From positions 28,262 to 92,261 of IMG/VR virus record IMGVR_UViG_3300030012_002528: a DNA stretch of 64,000 bases. The stretch is one strand, 5' to 3'. The DNA comes from a virus. Shown here in pieces: positions 54,330 through 64,000 of this stretch. The number at the start of each line of letters is the position of its first letter. The first letter of the stretch is position 1. The translations under genes and the position numbers were made by a program. The notes under the pieces were generated by a model. The model saw only the letters and a list, made by a program, of their open reading frames with translations, was not told the origin of the DNA and searched no databases.

Positions 54330-56516
54330 TTATAATTTACAGTTACCTTCAATTTTATTTTGCTGAATTAGTCTACTTATTTGATAGTCTAAATTGTTTA
54401 CATTTTGAGTATCTCTTCTTTCGACTATAGGAGATAGAGATATATTCTGGTCTTTTACTATGAATACATCTTTTTTCTTTCCTCCTTCTTTTGTTGTAAG
54501 TTTAACGATTTGAGCATCGGAGTCCTGTACAGCATTCTTCTCTAAAACTTTTAAATTATCTTTAGTGATTACTTTAATACTTCTTTGAGTGCCTCCTACG
54601 ATAACTTCGTCTTGTAATATTTGCTGACCCTCATTGATTGTGCCTGTTTCCTCTGCCGTCTCAATGTCTATGGAAGGTAGTTCGGAAACTTTAGTAATTA
54701 CTACACTTGTTTTACCCAGCTTGTCAGCTTGTTTAGGTTTCTCTACCACTGCTGCATCCCCTAGTATTTCTTGAATATACTCTAAAAGTTCATTACCATC
54801 GAAGCCTTTTTGAAAAGAGAATATAGGCTCTCCTGTAACTTTGTCTTTTCTAGAAGCTTTGGCTAATAGGCTTTTCTTCTCAGTTTTTTCAAAGTCCTGA
54901 TATGATTTTGAAGATGCGATATCTCCCTTCCACCCTCTAGCAGATACGTATGCCTTACCTCCTACTTGTAATTTATTTAAAATATCTCTAACAATGAAGT
55001 CTCTAACGTTTTTAGGGACCACATTAAGAACATTTAAAGATACAATAGAATCGTATCTTTTGTTGATGTCTTGAGACTTAGTGTAGGTAGGAGGTGTTTT
55101 CCCTTCCCACAGTTCTGTATTAGGCTCAAATGACTCTACGTCCTTACCAAACTCATCTCTCATAGCATCTGTTCCTAAACCTAGGCCTGCTCCATAATCA
55201 AGTACGGTACCGTCTCCTAACATTTTTGCAGCTTTTCTATATGTAGCTAAAGTGTTGGCTCTTTGTGTAGTAAAAGAATTTTTAGCTAATTCTTCATCGG
55301 ATAGTTCGACTAAACTTACTTCGCCTGCTCCTGTTTCTGGTTTTACTAGTCTAAACCTTCCTGCCCCTATTTGTTCTGCCTCCCCCATAGCTACTAAGTT
55401 TTCCCATAACCTCATAGCTTCAATGGTCTGTGCAGTATCAGAAACAATTTCTCCATCAAGACTTTCAGCAGCCACACGATACATCTCTGTTCCTATTCCG
55501 TTTCTACGATATTCGGGACTAACAGATATAGTGTCTACTTGGAAACCATTTTCAGTTTCCACTAGTCTTAGACTACCTATTCTGTTCTGGTCAATTGATG
55601 CTACTATTGCTACTCTTCCAGGACTTTCCTGTATGTCGAAATTAACAGTTGCATCTTCTTCTTGATTGATTTCCGTTTCTTGAATATTGATATATTCTAC
55701 GGTAGTTCCTTCTGGTATGTCGTACTTGCCCAACAAATCCCCTTCTGGCACTTGGTCGGCAGCTTCTTTTTTTATGGTAGTAGAAGTTCTAGAATCAGGT
55801 AGAGAAGACTCGCTAGTTTGGTATAACCTCGCTGCGGATTGAAGTTCTATTTTTCCATCCTCTAACTTATCTAACTGTTTGTTTCCATTATCATAGATAG
55901 CAGCACTGATGTCTGTTATCAGTTTGTCCATAAGCTCACTCAAAGGAGTTTTCTTGCCCTCTATGAGACCTTCATTTACAAAATCATTAAGGAGACCATT
56001 AAGATTTTTAACATTATTGTTAGGAGCAAAATTAGCTAGTTCTACAACATCAAATGATTTACGATTTACAATGTAATAGATACCATCTCTAGCTTGTGCC
56101 ACTAATTGATTAACCCCTTTTGTAAATGAGTTAGCAATATCTTTAACTATATTACCAGTTGATTCTATTTTAATGCCTTTGTTATTCTTTTTTACTAGAG
56201 ACATTTCTACTCCCTTATTTTGGAAGTCTTCTTTGATAGCTTGGTCAATAGATGTTGTATGTACAATAGCATCCGATAATAATAAATTATTATTAGGAGT
56301 TCTAGATGCAAAAACTACTATAGGTTCCCCATTCTCATCCGATAGATAAGAAGCAGTTTCATTCTTATCTATAGAAGCTTGGTAGTACACAAGAGCTTGT
56401 TCTGCAGACAAGTAAGGTACTTGACTGATAGACTTATACAAATTAGACTCCTTACCGTTATCGGCAAGAACGCTAGTTACTACACCATTAGTTCTTGTTA
56501 TCTTACAACTTGCCAT
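54330..56516 (-). CDS. polyvalent protein: GNAT acetyltransferase + class I SAM methyltransferase
   Basis: VSPEYRRNGIGTEMY...SD....AMRLW; VLDYGAGLG...FEP...YDSIVSLNVLNVV...LQVGG. Confidence 0.8.
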   Translation of the reverse strand: MASCKITRTNGVVTSVLADNGKESNLYKSISQVPYLSAEQALVYYQASIDKNETASYLSDENGEPIVVFASRTPNNNLLLSDAIVHTTSIDQAIKEDFQNKGVEMSLVKKNNKGIKIESTGNIVKDIANSFTKGVNQLVAQARDGIYYIVNRKSFDVVELANFAPNNNVKNLNGLLNDFVNEGLIEGKKTPLSELMDKLITDISAAIYDNGNKQLDKLEDGKIELQSAARLYQTSESSLPDSRTSTTIKKEAADQVPEGDLLGKYDIPEGTTVEYINIQETEINQEEDATVNFDIQESPGRVAIVASIDQNRIGSLRLVETENGFQVDTISVSPEYRRNGIGTEMYRVAAESLDGEIVSDTAQTIEAMRLWENLVAMGEAEQIGAGRFRLVKPETGAGEVSLVELSDEELAKNSFTTQRANTLATYRKAAKMLGDGTVLDYGAGLGLGTDAMRDEFGKDVESFEPNTELWEGKTPPTYTKSQDINKRYDSIVSLNVLNVVPKNVRDFIVRDILNKLQVGGKAYVSARGWKGDIASSKSYQDFEKTEKKSLLAKASRKDKVTGEPIFSFQKGFDGNELLEYIQEILGDAAVVEKPKQADKLGKTSVVITKVSELPSIDIETAEETGTINEGQQILQDEVIVGGTQRSIKVITKDNLKVLEKNAVQDSDAQIVKLTTKEGGKKKDVFIVKDQNISLSPIVERRDTQNVNNLDYQISRLIQQNKIEGNCKL

Positions 56517-59500
56517 TACTTACAAAGGTTTTTTTCTATTTGCTCAAGAGCTTTGTTTTCATTAATGAAAGAGGATATCGGCTCACTGCTTTCAGCGTAA
56601 ATATAATCCATTTCTTTGGTAACTTCAAAGGTTTTTGACTTTTTATATTGAGTATTTATCCTCGCCAACATTCCTCCTATTTCTCCATTATTAGAAAGCT
56701 TGTACGCTTGTACGTACTCAGCAGAAATTTCTAGGTCAAATGATTCGAGAAGGTTATTAATTTGATTAGTAGTCTCTAATGTTTCATCGGTAAGTTCTCC
56801 GATGTTAGCAACATCAAATTCTACCATACCCCCTCCATCTTCATTTTCTTTTTTAACTAGGAAGAAAGTTGCTCCTTCTGAAAGGTCATCCATAGCTGTA
56901 GCAGACATTTCTGCATCATCAAATTCCATCAAGAAGTTATCTTCATTTTGATTTACAATATTGGAATTGTCTCCTTTTCTAGTTCTTACTAAAGACCCAA
57001 AGTCTACAGTGATACCTAGCTCTCCAAACTCAGTTCTTAATTGTATCAGACTATCTAGAAAATTGTAGGTGGAGTCTTTTCTTGCTGCTATGAAGGTACC
57101 GAAAGCAGCCATAGCTTTTTTAAAGTCAGCCTCTCTCATCCCCTCCATTTTTCGAATACCCTCTACCCTCAAGCCCATCTCGTTGAAAGCTCTTTCTACA
57201 GTATCTGTGGCTATACCCACTTCAAATGTTCTACGTCTTTCAGACATAGTCTCAAAATTAATCTTAGCAGCTCTCTCCACTAAACTGTCGTAATTAGTTA
57301 AGTTACCTTGAATGATTCTTCTAAGGTCTTTCATTTGCTTGTAGCCAAATACTCTATCTGCTTGAGTAATGTATGCCCAAACTATTGTAGTATTGGCATA
57401 ACCTAAAGTATCAAATAAAGCTTCTTTCTCTTGCTGAGTGATACCTTCTGTCATATCTATAAGAGCAGACAGGTTACCAGGAGGGTTACCGTTAAGTACT
57501 GCTCTTAAATATGTTTCAGACATCATAGTGAACATACCTTCTACATCCCCTATATTTTCAGACAAGAAGTCTTTTACTTTTCCTATACCGAAGCTATTTT
57601 GGCTATCAGCCATCAGAGTTCTACTAGATTTCATCTGACCTTTTACAGTCTTATAGAAGTGCATATTATTTAATTTAATAATATACTCTCTAGTGGTGAG
57701 AGGTATGTCATTTGCATCTTTTTCGACTATATCTCCCATTATGCCTCTAGTTACTTTTTCATTAGGGTCGTATTTTTGTTCTACTCCTAAAGTGACTAAG
57801 TTAGGACCTTTTTTAATGACTACTTTTTGGTCATTTTTTTCTACTACTTCTATCTTAGTACCATCCGCTAAAGTGTAAGTTTCTCCTTTTACACCATTAT
57901 TGATTATCCATTCTTCAGTCTGGGATACAGTTTGGCCTACTTGGCTCTCATCAAATGCCATCTGCGATGGAGAAGCCGTTGCGGAAGCTGTTGCGGAGTC
58001 GGTTGTTATATCTCCCATCTTTAGAGCCCCTATTCCTTTCTGTAACCTTACATTTAATACATCTGTAAGGTCATCAAGTAAAGTTTTGTTTTTTACACCA
58101 AAAGTACCTACAACCTTTCGAATCAATTCTTTAAATGTATCCCAAAGAGTTTTCTCTTGCTGTGCTTCTAAAGGGCCTGTAGCCTGAGTATCTAGCCACT
58201 CCGCAAAATTAGGGTCTGTAAAAGCATAAGTGATTACTTCCTCGATAGAATACAATTTGTTCATTAATTGTTTTGAGCCTATTTTCGAGGTCTTAATAGC
58301 AGATTTTGCTCTAAGTGCCTTAATGAGTTGGTTTGGCACTCTCCATATAGTACCATCTGCTCTTCTAATTTGATTCTTAGGTAAGTTATCTCTTTTAGAA
58401 CTTGCATCTAGAGCATTTACAACTTTGTCTATCCACACTTGGATGTCTTCCCAAAATTCTACCCCAGCTTGATATTCTCCTAAGCCTGTTAATGAACGTC
58501 TGGAAGCTAACAACTCGGCTCTTTTCGATTTAGCCCGAGCAGAAGAAGATTCTACGGTTAAAAACGCATCTCCTGTAGCTTGCATCATAAGAGCATGTAT
58601 GACTTCATGTTGGATTATCATTTCAAGGTCATATGCTGTCCCATATTGTTCGGTCCTAGGTCTATTTAAATTTAAATCAAGATAACCTCCACGTCTATAC
58701 AAACTTTCTATCCCAGCTAAATTTATTCCGATGTATCCATCAAATCTAGCTTTGTTTCCCATCCAAGTAAGAGTAGAATCAGCTGGACCATTCGCTCTCC
58801 AAGAAGGCTGGTAATATCCTCCTTCTGTACTATTAGGTGCATTGTAGAAATGAACAGGAACTTTTGCTTTTTCTAAAGCTCTTAAATATGATACCGTGCC
58901 TGGTTGCAATACGTCCCCAAGCTTATCTATAAGTTCTCTTGGAGATAGAGATTTTTTAGGGGGACCATATTTTCCCCTTGAACTGTAAAAGCTTTTTTTA
59001 TACACAAATACACTATCCTTAATAATATCTAGTAGTGTCTGAGTTGTAAGTGGCTCGGGAGCTGTAAATTTGCTAACACTTTTTAAAGGTATACTAATAG
59101 GAGACCCGTCTGAATTCATTCCTACTACATCATTCCCTTTTATCTGTGCTTTTCTAATAGTAGTAAAGCCCAAAGCGGTGTTAGCTGTTACCCTACCATA
59201 TTCGTCCTTAACTTTATCAAGTTGTTTTACTAAATTAGACTTGTTTTTAGGAGCAGGTTTAGTACTTGCAGTAACTGAGTCGTTTGTTGTTAAAGTGTTG
59301 ATATCTACACTTATTCTTTGAGACACAAACGCTTCCATCCCAGGTTTTACTTGCAGAGAAAGGTCTTGTTTAAGTTGTTTAAATGAGTCGTTATTTTGCA
59401 AATCAGCCAGAACATAAACCTTTCCTGTAGTGTCCGCTGCCTGTAAAGTAACAGAGGCTCCTGTACCATCTGTAATTTGAACATAAATCGCTCCTGGAGC

Positions 59501-62500
59501 TAATGGTGCATCAGTTGGATTAGATATCTGGTTACCTTGTCTATCAAATAAAGTGGTACTTGATGCTGCTACAAAATATTTTAAAGTAGTTTTCTTATCT
59601 TTACTCTTCTCGTACTCCTCTAATGTAGTCCATTGTAGCTGTCCATTTTGGATGTTATTGTTAAATAAAGTAAATTTCTGTCTTACTTTTACTGCTCCTG
59701 CATCATAGGTTAGGCCTTGACTCATAGCGTTTACAAAAGCAGTTTTAAGGTTACCATCTGAACCTTTTAATAATTTATTTCTAAACTCTGCTATAGCTGC
59801 CTGAGAAGCCTGAGTTTGCATATCAAAATCAGTTCCTCTAAACACACCTACTAAGGTACCGTTAGAAATTAATTCTACATTAATATTATCTAAAAGAGTC
59901 TGTGTTGCCTCCTCTGTTCTTCCTGCATCTTCCCAATTTTTTATAAGTTCTTGGTTATGCTCGTTAGAAGGTACTACTCTTAATTTAACAACATCTCCTG
60001 GCTGTATTTTAGCTAGTGCTTTTCTTTCCGCCTTTTTATTGTATGTAGGGAAATTACTTGAAATAAGAGTAGAAGTCTGTCCATCTTCAGATAATTGTGT
60101 AAGAGGAGAAAATCCTCCTATTGCTTCTTGTACTGATATTCCAAAAGTATTTTGTAAGATGTCTTTAGCATTCTGTGTATTACCTGCTGTTATTAAGTAA
60201 GTCCTGCCAAACTTGGACTCTTTTACAATAGCATAACCTTTGGCATATAATTGAAAACTAATTTTCTCATCAAGAGCAGTATCATTTAATTGGTCTCCTC
60301 TGAATATTGTTTCTGGATTACCATTTAAGTCTTTTTCTAATAAGCTATTGTTAAGGTGGATAGATACTATCGTGACATTATTTTTATACTTCTTATAAAC
60401 CTCATCCAATGCTTTTTTTAAGTTTGGATTTTGTTTTTTAATAATGTTGTTAAAGTATGTATCTCTTGCCTCTTGGAACCTAGCTATTGCTTTGTCGAAG
60501 AAGTGAGTGAGCATATTAGCTCTAGTGCTACCTCTAAATTTAAAAGTTTTTACCCTCCTCTCTATCTGTTCTTGTGTAAGGGGTCTTCTTTTTGATGCCT
60601 TTGGAGTTTTATTAATACCTCCTTGACCTCCTGGCCCTGCTTTGGGTTTTTCCCCTTCTGGACTTTCAGGTCCTTCTGGACTTTCAGGTCCTTCTGGACT
60701 TTCAGGTCCTTCTGGCCTTTGAGGTCCTTCTGGTCCTTCTGGTCCTTCAGGAGCATCTGGGGCATCAGGTTTTCCTGGCCTTTTAGGTCCTTTTGGAGGT
60801 TGAGGACCTTGAGGACCTTCTCCGTCAGTGTCGCCCTCTTGCCCTGGTTGAAAAAGACGTCTATCTTCTTCATCCTGTTGTGGGGTTTCTTCTTTGGTCT
60901 CTTCTGTTCCTCTTTCCTTTCGGTCTTGGTCTCTTCTCTCTCTTGCTTTGGTTTGGAAAGCTTTTGCGTACTTGCTAAAATACTCTTCGTTAGTCAGCTT
61001 GTTATATAAGTCAAGCATCATAGTACCGTCAGCTTCAATTGCAAGATAGTCTGCTAAAGTTTTTTCAAACTCCGTGTCTGCAAACCTTCCTGCAAAACCT
61101 GCGAACCTTTCAGTTATCTTTGCAGCTACCTCGTCTGCTGTTACATCTTGTTTAAAGTTACCATCTTCTGCTAAGAGGTCTTCTTGTAAACCCTTGATAA
61201 CGGCTAAATACTCTCTGTCTCTTGCTATTTCCTTATCAAAGAGTGCTCTCTCAGCTGGGTTAAGTTCTACTCCCTCATTAGCTTTAATTCTATCTGCAAT
61301 AGAAGCTTCTACTCTGTTGCCTAAGTCTGCTAAATTTCCAGGGTTATTTAAGACATCAATGACTTCTTGTAGTTGAGCACCTCTTTCAGTTTGAGCTGCA
61401 CTCTCCTTCAATGACTCTCTCATCTTTTGAGCTCTATTATAGGCGTTTTCGCCATTCATATAGATTTCAGCCATTTTTTCTTGAGCCACTCTGTAAGCTG
61501 CTCTGTCTATATTCTCAGTGAGACCATCAAAAGTTTTTTGAGTATTTTTTTCGATGTTGGTAAGTATCTTATCGTACTTTTGTCCTTCTGATTTTAAGTT
61601 AGCTGAAATTTCAGCCATTGTTTCTCCCCCTGTTAACTCTTGTAACATAGCAGGGTCTTGTGTAACTGCCTCATTAGCTTGGTACTCAAAGGCATCTACC
61701 ATCTCATTAAGGAGGCCTGTTTTTCTAGCCATTGCAAAGAAAGAGAACTTAGCATCTTGTCGGTGGTCTTTAGCGTTAAGCTCTTGATTATTCTCTCCTG
61801 CATCAACCATACCCATAGCAGAATTTAACTGCTGGGCTGCATTTCTTGTTTTAGGACTATTTACAATAGTTTCATTGAAATAATTTTGTACTGTATTGTT
61901 AAGAGAATCAATAACTGCTTTTTGCTGTTGTTGTTCTCTAGCTGTTTGTCCTGTAATTCTATTTTTACCACTAGTAATGGTAGCCATTCCCATACCAGAA
62001 AACATACCTGATACTAGTTCATCATAACCTTCTCCACTATCAAAAGAATCAACAAGCTCTTGGCCTATCGCTCCTGACAATGATTTGATGTATTTACCGC
62101 TACCACTATTATCTAAGTCATAGTAATTTTGGGCAGCTCTTGAGCCCACACCTTGAGCGACCTCTTCAAGACCTTCCTGAATATTAAGTCTTTCTAAATA
62201 CTTTGTGTAGTTTATTAGCCTGTCTTTGGGAGTAGCTAGTCCTTCTTTTACTAATTGCTTATGAGTATAGAATTTACCCTGTCTTTGTATGGCTTCTTTT
62301 GCGAACTTACCTTGCCCACTTTTGAAAACACTTGTAAGGCTGCCTCCTCTAAATAAATTATTCAGAGTCATTACGTTGGAAGCCATAAGGACTGGGACGT
62401 TAATACCAAAGGTAGCATTTCCTACTTTATTAGAATTTGTAGCAATTTTTTCACGAACGTCATCGGGAGTAAAAGTTATTCCACCATATTTTTCGTACTG

Positions 62501-63655
62501 TGAAAGTTCAAACTCTGCTGAAGCCATATTAGCTTCTAATGCTGCCTCTGCGTTTGCAGCGTGCAATTGACGAGCGTAAGTAGGAAGCTTTTTAAGAGCA
62601 TTGTGTGCTCTTTGTGAAAAAGTTAAATCAGCAGCTTGAGATAAATCCTCTATGCCTTCTAATGTTTTTGCAATGTCTTTCCCTTTGTCTGCTTTTGTAA
62701 CGCCTCTTGCTAAATCATCGGCTGCACCCCCTATTGTGTTTCTAGCGACTGTATAAATTCCTTTTTCTAAAGACTTAACATCTCTACCCATGTCTAGTGC
62801 CGAAGCAACAGCTCTGGTAGTAGTGAGAGCTTTACTTGCATCAGAAGCCTTATCAACAGCTCTAGTAGTACCATATATACCTTTAAGTATATTAACTAAT
62901 TTAGGTGCTTTGGCCGCTAAGTTTGCAAATCCTCCTGCTCCTCCTAACTCTGCAGTTATTGCTCCTAGAGCAGCTGACTCTGCTACATATGCCCCAATAG
63001 TACCGTATGTGTAACCAAAGTTTTGCATTAGCTGCGCCCAATAGGCTGAAGAATTGGGGGACACAAGCGGTACGTATTTTCCTACTGCCCCGAAGAAGCC
63101 TTTATTTTCAGCTTCATACTCTCTCATTTCTTTAGTCTGGTAAATAGGTTGATATATATCAACCGAAGCCGAAGTTTTTGCCGCATTTGCTGCAGAAGCA
63201 TCCCTCCACGCTGCCCCGAAAGCATCCCCACCTGTAGCAAGTTCTACAACAGCTTTAGCATCTCTTCCATACTGTGAAAAGTAGTTAGTAAAAGCGTTAC
63301 CTGCTAAGGTGTACATACCTGTAAGACCGTTGCCTAGCTTTTCCCAAGTAGACTGGTTTTGGCCATATAGGTCTTCATTATCAAAATTAGGTAAAAACCC
63401 ATTCTTATATCGAGAAACATATCCTGTACCTCTAGGGTCTTTTTCATATAGCCTTCTTCCAGAAAGGTCTTTAGCTCCTATGTATACTCCTTTTGCTTGA
63501 CCTAGTAACCCCTCATCAGGAGATACTACTTGATTTGCAAAGTTAGTTGCAGACTCATATAAACTATTTGCCCCTGGAACAAATTGTTTTTTGCCTCCTT
63601 GTTGCGTAATGCCCCCATCTTGTGGAGTTACTATCTTAACATTGGGATTAGACAT
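56516..63655 (-). CDS. giant virion cargo/ejection-type protein (2379 aa) with zincin metallopeptidase domain
   Basis: HEVIH at 58595-58609 with downstream EE..TYAFTDPNF; A/G-rich hydrophobic N-region; PEG repeat linker. Confidence 0.7.
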   Translation of the reverse strand: MSNPNVKIVTPQDGGITQQGGKKQFVPGANSLYESATNFANQVVSPDEGLLGQAKGVYIGAKDLSGRRLYEKDPRGTGYVSRYKNGFLPNFDNEDLYGQNQSTWEKLGNGLTGMYTLAGNAFTNYFSQYGRDAKAVVELATGGDAFGAAWRDASAANAAKTSASVDIYQPIYQTKEMREYEAENKGFFGAVGKYVPLVSPNSSAYWAQLMQNFGYTYGTIGAYVAESAALGAITAELGGAGGFANLAAKAPKLVNILKGIYGTTRAVDKASDASKALTTTRAVASALDMGRDVKSLEKGIYTVARNTIGGAADDLARGVTKADKGKDIAKTLEGIEDLSQAADLTFSQRAHNALKKLPTYARQLHAANAEAALEANMASAEFELSQYEKYGGITFTPDDVREKIATNSNKVGNATFGINVPVLMASNVMTLNNLFRGGSLTSVFKSGQGKFAKEAIQRQGKFYTHKQLVKEGLATPKDRLINYTKYLERLNIQEGLEEVAQGVGSRAAQNYYDLDNSGSGKYIKSLSGAIGQELVDSFDSGEGYDELVSGMFSGMGMATITSGKNRITGQTAREQQQQKAVIDSLNNTVQNYFNETIVNSPKTRNAAQQLNSAMGMVDAGENNQELNAKDHRQDAKFSFFAMARKTGLLNEMVDAFEYQANEAVTQDPAMLQELTGGETMAEISANLKSEGQKYDKILTNIEKNTQKTFDGLTENIDRAAYRVAQEKMAEIYMNGENAYNRAQKMRESLKESAAQTERGAQLQEVIDVLNNPGNLADLGNRVEASIADRIKANEGVELNPAERALFDKEIARDREYLAVIKGLQEDLLAEDGNFKQDVTADEVAAKITERFAGFAGRFADTEFEKTLADYLAIEADGTMMLDLYNKLTNEEYFSKYAKAFQTKARERRDQDRKERGTEETKEETPQQDEEDRRLFQPGQEGDTDGEGPQGPQPPKGPKRPGKPDAPDAPEGPEGPEGPQRPEGPESPEGPESPEGPESPEGEKPKAGPGGQGGINKTPKASKRRPLTQEQIERRVKTFKFRGSTRANMLTHFFDKAIARFQEARDTYFNNIIKKQNPNLKKALDEVYKKYKNNVTIVSIHLNNSLLEKDLNGNPETIFRGDQLNDTALDEKISFQLYAKGYAIVKESKFGRTYLITAGNTQNAKDILQNTFGISVQEAIGGFSPLTQLSEDGQTSTLISSNFPTYNKKAERKALAKIQPGDVVKLRVVPSNEHNQELIKNWEDAGRTEEATQTLLDNINVELISNGTLVGVFRGTDFDMQTQASQAAIAEFRNKLLKGSDGNLKTAFVNAMSQGLTYDAGAVKVRQKFTLFNNNIQNGQLQWTTLEEYEKSKDKKTTLKYFVAASSTTLFDRQGNQISNPTDAPLAPGAIYVQITDGTGASVTLQAADTTGKVYVLADLQNNDSFKQLKQDLSLQVKPGMEAFVSQRISVDINTLTTNDSVTASTKPAPKNKSNLVKQLDKVKDEYGRVTANTALGFTTIRKAQIKGNDVVGMNSDGSPISIPLKSVSKFTAPEPLTTQTLLDIIKDSVFVYKKSFYSSRGKYGPPKKSLSPRELIDKLGDVLQPGTVSYLRALEKAKVPVHFYNAPNSTEGGYYQPSWRANGPADSTLTWMGNKARFDGYIGINLAGIESLYRRGGYLDLNLNRPRTEQYGTAYDLEMIIQHEVIHALMMQATGDAFLTVESSSARAKSKRAELLASRRSLTGLGEYQAGVEFWEDIQVWIDKVVNALDASSKRDNLPKNQIRRADGTIWRVPNQLIKALRAKSAIKTSKIGSKQLMNKLYSIEEVITYAFTDPNFAEWLDTQATGPLEAQQEKTLWDTFKELIRKVVGTFGVKNKTLLDDLTDVLNVRLQKGIGALKMGDITTDSATASATASPSQMAFDESQVGQTVSQTEEWIINNGVKGETYTLADGTKIEVVEKNDQKVVIKKGPNLVTLGVEQKYDPNEKVTRGIMGDIVEKDANDIPLTTREYIIKLNNMHFYKTVKGQMKSSRTLMADSQNSFGIGKVKDFLSENIGDVEGMFTMMSETYLRAVLNGNPPGNLSALIDMTEGITQQEKEALFDTLGYANTTIVWAYITQADRVFGYKQMKDLRRIIQGNLTNYDSLVERAAKINFETMSERRRTFEVGIATDTVERAFNEMGLRVEGIRKMEGMREADFKKAMAAFGTFIAARKDSTYNFLDSLIQLRTEFGELGITVDFGSLVRTRKGDNSNIVNQNEDNFLMEFDDAEMSATAMDDLSEGATFFLVKKENEDGGGMVEFDVANIGELTDETLETTNQINNLLESFDLEISAEYVQAYKLSNNGEIGGMLARINTQYKKSKTFEVTKEMDYIYAESSEPISSFINENKALEQIEKNLCK
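60654..60822 (-). repeat. coding Pro-X-X tandem repeat (PEGPES)n
   Basis: 18-nt CCTTCTGGACTTTCAGGT x3 plus 9-nt variants. Confidence 0.85.
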
Positions 63656-63667
63656 ATTATATAAATA

Positions 63668-64000
63668 TTATTGGTTTGTTTCAAATTCTTCGACTATTGC
63701 CTCGCCAAAATCATTAAAGAAGTTCGAACTAAATTGTACTGCGTAATCGTTATCGTAATTTCTCATAATTTCGTCATTATTATAACTATTTACAGTGTAA
63801 GATGCAACAGGCTGTCCTCCAACGGTATTTACAGTTGATAAGAGAGCGTTGGTGTTGGCATCATAAATTGATATTGATTTTGCAGTCATTTTTTGATATC
63901 CTGGCATACCCCCCTGTCTTTCTCTTACCGAAGCATCTGCTATGTACTGATTAGAAATGTCCATAGTAAGTTTATAGTCTCCTACTTGAGCGTAGGCAGG
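63668..64000 (-). CDS. C-terminal part of an upstream virion protein (partial)
   Basis: frame appears open to the window end. Confidence 0.6.
   Translation of the reverse strand, partial: PAYAQVGDYKLTMDISNQYIADASVRERQGGMPGYQKMTAKSISIYDANTNALLSTVNTVGGQPVASYTVNSYNNDEIMRNYDNDYAVQFSSNFFNDFGEAIVEEFETNQ

Noticed and set aside
59815-59845. GTDFDMQ as an RNA polymerase catalytic motif
   Set aside because: Lacks the third Asp of DxDxD and other RNAP motifs.
60562-61009. Alternative-frame repeat ORFs (QKDLK / FWTFRS)
   Set aside because: Shadows of the PEGPES coding repeat.
49963-63500. Plus-strand ORFs opposite the giant genes, and other antisense ORFs in the track
   Set aside because: Fully overlapped by long minus-strand CDSs; composition typical of antisense shadows.
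1-64000. Stop-codon reassignment as in some crAss-like phages
   Set aside because: Conserved genes are full length in the standard code; TAG and TGA serve as stops; no suppressor tRNA seen.
1-64000. Prophage or integration features
   Set aside because: No integrase, repressor switch or host genes are visible.

Overview
A 64-kb segment of a large, apparently lytic dsDNA tailed phage of a Bacteroidota (probably Flavobacteriia) host. The host call rests on TTTG/-33 + TAnnTTTG/-7 promoters, A-rich translation starts without Shine-Dalgarno sites, a DUF1573-like domain and a PG0870-type primase. The standard genetic code is used. Layout: (i) 1-1.85 kb, end of a minus-strand operon; (ii) 2-9.3 kb, recA, phoH, GIY-YIG and DEDD nucleases, then small basic/structural genes and an HNH gene ending at a terminator and a G/T-rich tract (possible genome end); (iii) 9.6-16.7 kb, an array of promoter-ORF-terminator modules whose spacers carry several repeated motifs: GTGATAAAGA x7, four antisense promoters, DnaA-box-like pairs, TTAACA-N4-TTAACA boxes at fixed distances from the -7 box, four -33/TATACG pseudo-promoters and a duplicated ~135-bp element; (iv) 16.8-30 kb, small early genes (four ABA-sandwich-like paralogs, two DnaA-domain-IV-like paralogs, a DenV-like glycosylase, exported nuclease and transglycosylase, tRNA-Arg); (v) 30-48.8 kb, replication, nucleotide metabolism and lysis genes (primase, SSB, nrdBA, speD, SET, SF2 helicase, PolA, M23, amidase, GT2, DnaB-like); (vi) 49-64 kb, minus-strand giant virion cargo/ejection-type proteins of 2379, 728 and 1772 aa. 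Their only four cysteines sit at the adjoining termini, and the middle protein carries GNAT and methyltransferase domains. Protein family calls come from motif recognition by eye, not database searches.
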